The position numbers were made by a program, and so were the translations under genes. The notes below the pieces were generated by a model. It was not told where the DNA came from, made no database searches, and saw nothing but the letters and a program-made list of their open reading frames with translations. Of a stretch of 32,136 nt of DNA, positions 27,074-32,136 are shown one piece after another. Position 1 is the first letter of the stretch. Every line of letters begins with the position of its first letter. Origin of the DNA: Oligoflexales bacterium (GTDB lineage: Bacteria > Bdellovibrionota_B > Oligoflexia > Oligoflexales > Bog-1112); contig JBGCDR010000400.1 of assembly GCA_045105515.1 (NCBI GenBank), forward strand, positions 1-32,136. The letters run 5' to 3'.

Positions 27074-28626
27074 CTATTTAACCTCTTATCTTTATTGCTT
27101 ATTAGTGCTGTTCGCTTCCATTGGGAAAGCTGGCCAACAAGCTCGCCATTATTTGGATCACTATTCTTTGTTTGTATATGATTCTGAAAGCTTACTAATG
27201 CGGCAATTGCAGCTTCAGCTTCCATCTCAGGCTCGACATGGTTTAAAGCTTTTGCAAAATAATCTGACTCCCGTTCATAGAACCCAGTATCAAAATCAGC
27301 TTCTTGGAACTTTTTGTGATTGAGTAATGCTTCTTGAAAAGGAATAGTGCTTGTGATCCCTAATATGGAAAATTCACTTAAGCTTCGCAAAAGGCGGACC
27401 CTAGCCTCTTCACGAGTCCTGCCCCAAACAATTACTTTGGCAATCATAGAGTCATAATCGCCGGGAATCTCATAGCCAGGGTATATATGGGTGTCGACCC
27501 TGACAAAAGGGCCGAGAGGAATATGGCAGTTCTTAATCAAGCCTGGGGTTGGGAGGAAGCCCGCACCGGGATCTTCTGCATTGACTCTGGCTTCCATGCT
27601 CCAACCATTTATATGAATTTCATCTTGCCGCAAACTCAGCTTTTTACCAGCAGCCACCTGAATTTGCTCGCGAATTAGGTCTACGCCAGTTATGGCTTCT
27701 GTAACGGGATGTTCTACCTGAATACGAGTATTCATTTCCATAAAATAAGCTGTTTCAGGATTTTCGCAAATAAACTCCACTGTGCCAGCTCCTGAATAGT
27801 TGGCAGCTTTGGCAGCTTTCACTGCAAGCCCTCCTAGGTGGGCTCTTTGCTCATTATTTAGAAAAGCACTAGGCGCCTCTTCGAACAGTTTTTGGTGGCG
27901 TCTCTGAATAGAACAGTCGCGTTCAAATAGATGAACTCCATTGCCGTGATTATCAAATAGCACTTGGATCTCAATATGCCTGGGGTTTTCTACATAGCGT
28001 TCGCAAAAAACTTTATCACTGGCGAAGTAGTTTAAAGCTTCGCGCTGGCATGTATCAAAGGAAGCTTTTAATTCTTCTTTATTTCGAACTATCCGCATCC
28101 CTCTTCCTCCTCCTCCAGCTGCTGCTTTGAGGATAACTGGGAGGCCTATCTTGTTAATAACTTCTTCAAGTTCCTTGTGAGAAGTGAGTGCTCCTTGTGA
28201 CCCAGGGACTACAGGAACATCATTTTTTATCATCAGCTCCTTAGCTTTGATTTTGTTGCCCATTAACTCCATTGCATCTGCACTAGGTCCAATAAAAGTG
28301 ATGCCAGCTTGAGCACATGCTCTGCTAAATTCTGAGTTTTCTGAAAGGAAACCATATGCAGGGTGCACCGCATCTGCACCGGTTTCTTTTGCAGCTCTGA
28401 TCAGCTGTTCGATGTTTAAATATGTTTCTGCTGGTGTTTGTCCAAGCAAAGGGAAGGCGTAATTTGCATAACTGCAATGGAGGCTATGTTTGTCTTGCTG
28501 CGAATAGACTGCAACACTTTCAATATTCATTTCTCGCAAGGTTCTAATGACCCTGACTGCTATTTCACCTCGGTTTGCGATAAGCACACGCTTAAACAGG
28601 GGCTTTTCTGTTGAATTTGCCGACAT
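27070..28626 (-). CDS. accC: Biotin carboxylase subunit of an acetyl/propionyl-CoA carboxylase
   Basis: LIANRGEIA, YGFLSEN, GGGGRGMR, ERDCSIQRRHQK, EMNTRIQVEHPVTE and YDSMIAK. Confidence 0.95.
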   Translation of the reverse strand: MSANSTEKPLFKRVLIANRGEIAVRVIRTLREMNIESVAVYSQQDKHSLHCSYANYAFPLLGQTPAETYLNIEQLIRAAKETGADAVHPAYGFLSENSEFSRACAQAGITFIGPSADAMELMGNKIKAKELMIKNDVPVVPGSQGALTSHKELEEVINKIGLPVILKAAAGGGGRGMRIVRNKEELKASFDTCQREALNYFASDKVFCERYVENPRHIEIQVLFDNHGNGVHLFERDCSIQRRHQKLFEEAPSAFLNNEQRAHLGGLAVKAAKAANYSGAGTVEFICENPETAYFMEMNTRIQVEHPVTEAITGVDLIREQIQVAAGKKLSLRQDEIHINGWSMEARVNAEDPGAGFLPTPGLIKNCHIPLGPFVRVDTHIYPGYEIPGDYDSMIAKVIVWGRTREEARVRLLRSLSEFSILGITSTIPFQEALLNHKKFQEADFDTGFYERESDYFAKALNHVEPEMEAEAAIAALVSFQNHIQTKNSDPNNGELVGQLSQWKRTALISNKDKRLNR

Positions 28627-28648
28627 ATGAATCTCCTAAAAGGGCTTC

Positions 28649-30229
28649 TCAAAGGGGAATGTTTCCATGCTTGCGTTTTGGGGTATTCACTCGCTTGCCT
28701 AAAGATGCTTTCAAACCATTTAAAAGGGATGAACGAGTTTCAGCTGGTAGGATTACAGTGTCGATGTAGCCCTTAGATGCTGCGGCATAGGGATTTGCAA
28801 ACTTTTCAGAGTAAGATTGGGTGTGTTTTTCTTGTTCCTGCTGGGGGTCAGATGCTTTCTTGATCTCTTTGCGGAAAATGATATTACATGCGCCGGCAGC
28901 TCCCATTACAGCGATTTCGGCTGCAGGCCAAGCTACATTGAGATCAGCTCCAATGTGCTTGCTGTTCATCACATCGTAAGCGCCGCCATAAGCTTTTCGA
29001 GTAATTACTGTGAGCTTAGGCACCGTTGCTTCACAATAAGCGTAAAGTAGTTTGGCACCATGTTTGATAATGCCACCTTTTTCTTGCTCCGTGCCGGGAA
29101 GAAATCCAGGCACATCAACAAAGGTAATAAGGGGAATGTTGAATGCATCACAAAATCTGACAAAACGCGAGGCCTTTAATGAAGCATTAATATCAAGCAC
29201 TCCGGCGATATGGTTAGGGTTGTTGCCAACTACTCCAACGCTATGACCGCCTAAGCGTGCAAATCCAATAGTGATGTTCTGAGCGAAATTAGGTTTAAGC
29301 TCCCAGAAGGAATTAGGATCAACCACACATTCGATAACTTCAGTCATTGGGTAAGGTAGGTTTGGATTGTCGGGTACAATTTGAGATATTTTGTCTCTAT
29401 TTTCTGCCAATAGGCTTTGAATTTGCGGGTTTTCTACTTCTTCAGGGCAAGGGTAGCGAGGAGGCTCTTCTAGGTTATTGGAGGGGATGTAACTTAACCA
29501 TTTTTTCGCAGCTTCAATGGAATCGGCTTCGCTGGCTAAGCTCAAGTCGATGACTCCGCTTGTGGCGCTGTGAGTTTGTGCACCTCCTAGGTCTTCAAAG
29601 CTAACTTCTTCGCCTGTCACAGCTTTAATTACGCTAGGTCCCGTGATGAACATATGACTTGTATCTTCAACCATGAATGTAAAGTCTGTAATGGCTGGAG
29701 AATAGACAGCACCTCCAGCACAGGGTCCTAATATTAATGACAATTGTGGGATAACCCCACTTGCTTGCACGTTGAGATAGAAGATGTCAGCATATCCGCC
29801 CAGACTAGCAACACCCTCGTGGATCCTAGCACCACCTGAATCATTCAAACCTATCAGTGGATCCCCATTTTGTAAGGCTAGTTTCATGATCTTGCATATT
29901 TTCTGGGCAAAGGCGTGGGAAAGGCTGCCTCCAAAAACAGTAAAATCCTGAGAGAAGACATATATTAGCCGACCATTGACAGTCCCCCAACCAGTTACAA
30001 CCCCGTCTCCTAAAACTTTAGAATTTTCCATTCCAAAGTCATGGCAATCATGGGTTACAAAGGCATCAGTTTCGACAAAACTACCTGCATCTAAAAGTAG
30101 GTCAATTCTTTCTCTTGCCGTTAATTTTCCGCGTTTATGCTGTGAGTCAATTTTATCTGTCCCTCCTCCCAGCATCACTTCCCTACGCTTTTCCATTAAG
30201 ATATCGTTTGGAGTTCTAAGGTCGACCAC
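28649..30229 (-). CDS. pccB: Propionyl-CoA carboxylase beta-type carboxyltransferase
   Basis: [50 protein letters not shown] and RKHGNIPL. The GTG start at 30229 is preceded by GGAGG and is preferred over 30325. Confidence 0.95.
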   Translation of the reverse strand: MVDLRTPNDILMEKRREVMLGGGTDKIDSQHKRGKLTARERIDLLLDAGSFVETDAFVTHDCHDFGMENSKVLGDGVVTGWGTVNGRLIYVFSQDFTVFGGSLSHAFAQKICKIMKLALQNGDPLIGLNDSGGARIHEGVASLGGYADIFYLNVQASGVIPQLSLILGPCAGGAVYSPAITDFTFMVEDTSHMFITGPSVIKAVTGEEVSFEDLGGAQTHSATSGVIDLSLASEADSIEAAKKWLSYIPSNNLEEPPRYPCPEEVENPQIQSLLAENRDKISQIVPDNPNLPYPMTEVIECVVDPNSFWELKPNFAQNITIGFARLGGHSVGVVGNNPNHIAGVLDINASLKASRFVRFCDAFNIPLITFVDVPGFLPGTEQEKGGIIKHGAKLLYAYCEATVPKLTVITRKAYGGAYDVMNSKHIGADLNVAWPAAEIAVMGAAGACNIIFRKEIKKASDPQQEQEKHTQSYSEKFANPYAAASKGYIDTVILPAETRSSLLNGLKASLGKRVNTPKRKHGNIPL

Positions 30230-30255
30230 AAAGTACCTCCCATCAATTCTGTGTG

Positions 30256-31002
30256 TTATTGTTGACGCCCAGGAAAGTTCTGCCACATATCCTCTGTAAA
30301 TACCCTTTTGTATAGCTGTTCCCATGGTGGGTAGCTAGGATAGCTGGATTTGTCTCCAGGAGTTTGCATTTTTTGCCCGCGCATGGAGGTCTTTCGCTGG
30401 CCTATCCACTGTAGGCGCGCACTATTTGAGTCAACCAAAAGCAAGTTGAATTCCAAAACCCTTTCAGAATTCAAGAGTCCGCGATCATTGTACTGGTGCT
30501 CAAATGAAGAGATAATCATGGGAAACAGAGCTGCATCAGAATAGCGGGTATAGGTACTTAGAGTGTTCAGCCATTGCTGCCACTTAAGGTTGGAAGCTAT
30601 GGAATTTTTATATGTGGTCAGAGAATTGCTACAGGCTGGACATTCCGTTGGATCATGGCTCCAAATTTGAGGTACTTCGTTGAGAAGGTGTTCTTTTTTT
30701 TCTTTTGCCAATAGTTTCTCGAGGAGTTTTGGGGTAAAGCCTTTCATAAATGGCTGGTCTGAAAAACTTTTGAGTACAAACTGGTCAAACTCAGAGCATA
30801 TTTTTTCAAGTTCTTTGTCTTTAATGTTTATTGGATCCTGTTGTGAGAACCGAGCGTTGATTGGCCAAGTTTGGCAAGAAAAAACTGCGATGCGTGCAGG
30901 TATAAAGGCTTCGTAGCCAGCTTGGATTCCGTAATTTGTAAGAGGCTTGGTGCTTGTACAAGAGGCCAAAACAGCGAAGAGGAAAGCGGAAAAAAATTTC
31001 AT
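30256..31002 (-). CDS. Lipoprotein of unknown function (possibly LpoB/CsgG-like fold)
   Basis: [15 protein letters not shown] lipobox from the ATG at 31002. The RIAVF, DAALF and [11 protein letters not shown] pattern recalls LpoB/CsgG/TolB-N-like lipoproteins (inference). Confidence 0.75.
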   Translation of the reverse strand: MKFFSAFLFAVLASCTSTKPLTNYGIQAGYEAFIPARIAVFSCQTWPINARFSQQDPINIKDKELEKICSEFDQFVLKSFSDQPFMKGFTPKLLEKLLAKEKKEHLLNEVPQIWSHDPTECPACSNSLTTYKNSIASNLKWQQWLNTLSTYTRYSDAALFPMIISSFEHQYNDRGLLNSERVLEFNLLLVDSNSARLQWIGQRKTSMRGQKMQTPGDKSSYPSYPPWEQLYKRVFTEDMWQNFPGRQQ

Positions 31003-31647
31003 TGCGTTCAAGTGTTTAAAGTCCCATATTTTTACGGTGAGCAACAACCTTGCAATGATAGCATTTACCATTGCCCCCCACATTAATACACTCTTCTTTC
31101 TGCGCATGAAACCTTTTTAATGCCTCAGGATGTTTATAAAGCTTTTATGAAGCTCAGTAGCTTATTAGTTTCGAGTTCTTTCATCTTGGATAAACCTTGC
31201 GGCTCATGTTCTTATCTATCACCTATGCTAACAAACTTGCTTTAGCAGAGTTTCTAAATTTATATTCGTATTGAAATATTTGCTCAAAATTTTTGAGCTG
31301 AACTAAGAATTTTCAATCTCGGACTTTTTACCTAAGATATAGTATGAAAAAATATCTATTGCCTACTTTGATAGGGCTGACTTTGAACTTGTTAAAAAAG
31401 ATTGATCTGCCGTAATATCGGGATCTCGATTCGTTTTCTTGGGTTCTTGTTACTCACATTTTCTCAGTATATTTTTGGTAGATTCGTGGAATTTTTCCTA
31501 AATTTCAGTCAAAAAATTGTACAAAATCTATTTTAGATTGGATCGAGGAAAAAATCGGTTTTTTGGATTTAGGCTTGACTAATATTGCGATTTTTGGTCT
31601 AATATGGGACTTTCTAGAATTAAAAAATCATGAGGTCGCATTAAATA

Positions 31648-32040
31648 ATGTTTAATATCAATCTATTGGCAGGTATTTGTCTGCTATTGAATCTCATTAC
31701 CCATTCCGCATTTGCACTTCCTCCTCATCTCGTAGGTACGCAGAAAAAAGAGTTGGGAATTGTAAAGGTTATCAAAAAAAATTCAGGTAAAATTGAAGAA
31801 AAAACAATAGATTTGCACATTAACGCCAAAGATTTTAAGAAATCCATTGGCCAAACTAAAAATCGTAAAAAAACTTTAATTTCTACGGCATCAGTTGGTG
31901 ATACTAAAGGTGATATCAGTGCTGCGTCAAAACTAATAAGTTATTTATTAAAAGATAGTGATTTGAAAGCTGAAGAAATTGTGTGGATAATTTCCGAAGC
32001 AGGGCTGATTCAAATAAGATTTTTTCCAATTTTTCATTAA
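31648..32040 (+). CDS. Secreted hypothetical protein, possibly truncated or frameshifted near the window end
   Basis: GAGG RBS and signal peptide ending AFA; the ORF ends in homopolymer-rich sequence close to the end of the window. Confidence 0.6.
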   Translation: MFNINLLAGICLLLNLITHSAFALPPHLVGTQKKELGIVKVIKKNSGKIEEKTIDLHINAKDFKKSIGQTKNRKKTLISTASVGDTKGDISAASKLISYLLKDSDLKAEEIVWIISEAGLIQIRFFPIFH

Positions 32041-32136
32041 ATAGGTCAGAAAAATTCTAAGCCGCAGTACCAAAAGTGACTAGATAAAAAAAATATAGGA
32101 AGAAAAAACTTAAAAAAAATGGCTCACTTTTATTAA

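Noticed and set aside
26616..27323. 235-aa plus-strand ORF
   Set aside because: Antisense to BCCP and biotin carboxylase, with no motif support.
30230..30325. ORF-track N-terminal extension of pccB (and 31003-31107 of the lipoprotein)
   Set aside because: Better starts exist: GTG 30229 with a GGAGG RBS removes the overlap, and ATG 31002 puts the lipoprotein signal at the N-terminus.

Overview
AT-rich bacterial window, probably a whole assembly contig, because it opens inside an IS element and ends in ragged A-rich sequence. Gene content and style suggest a Bdellovibrionota/Oligoflexales-like organism (inference only). The left part (1-20.2 kb) is accessory. It holds the right end of an IS21-family element (istB tail, repeated end motifs), a stand-alone PAS protein, an M4/M36-type metalloprotease lipoprotein, a pseudo-receiver-TPR protein, a CheY-like regulator with a near-perfect sigma28 promoter and a GNTD-repeat lipoprotein with a sigma54-like promoter. 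These are followed by zur divergent from a ZrgA(DUF2796)/ABC ATPase/permease operon, a MazG-like pyrophosphatase, a REC-REC-histidine kinase and a secreted phospholipase D. A co-directional minus-strand run then encodes a VTC-domain polyphosphate polymerase, DUF4956, a CitMHS transporter, a CapA metallophosphatase and a Tat-signal CrtU-like flavoprotein. The right part (20.3-31 kb) is a minus-strand housekeeping block: lipoprotein, pccB, biotin carboxylase, BCCP, pgpA, ndk, tex, mtnP, ybgC, hslO. The best candidate for an uncharacterised system is the VTC-DUF4956 module lacking the usual CotH partner, together with its downstream genes. Other oddities are the Tat-exported CrtU homologue, an in-frame TAG near the end of the PLD gene, a 78-residue His-rich tract in ZrgA and a perfect 24-bp palindrome with a dif-like core. 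No rRNA, tRNA or CRISPR array was seen.
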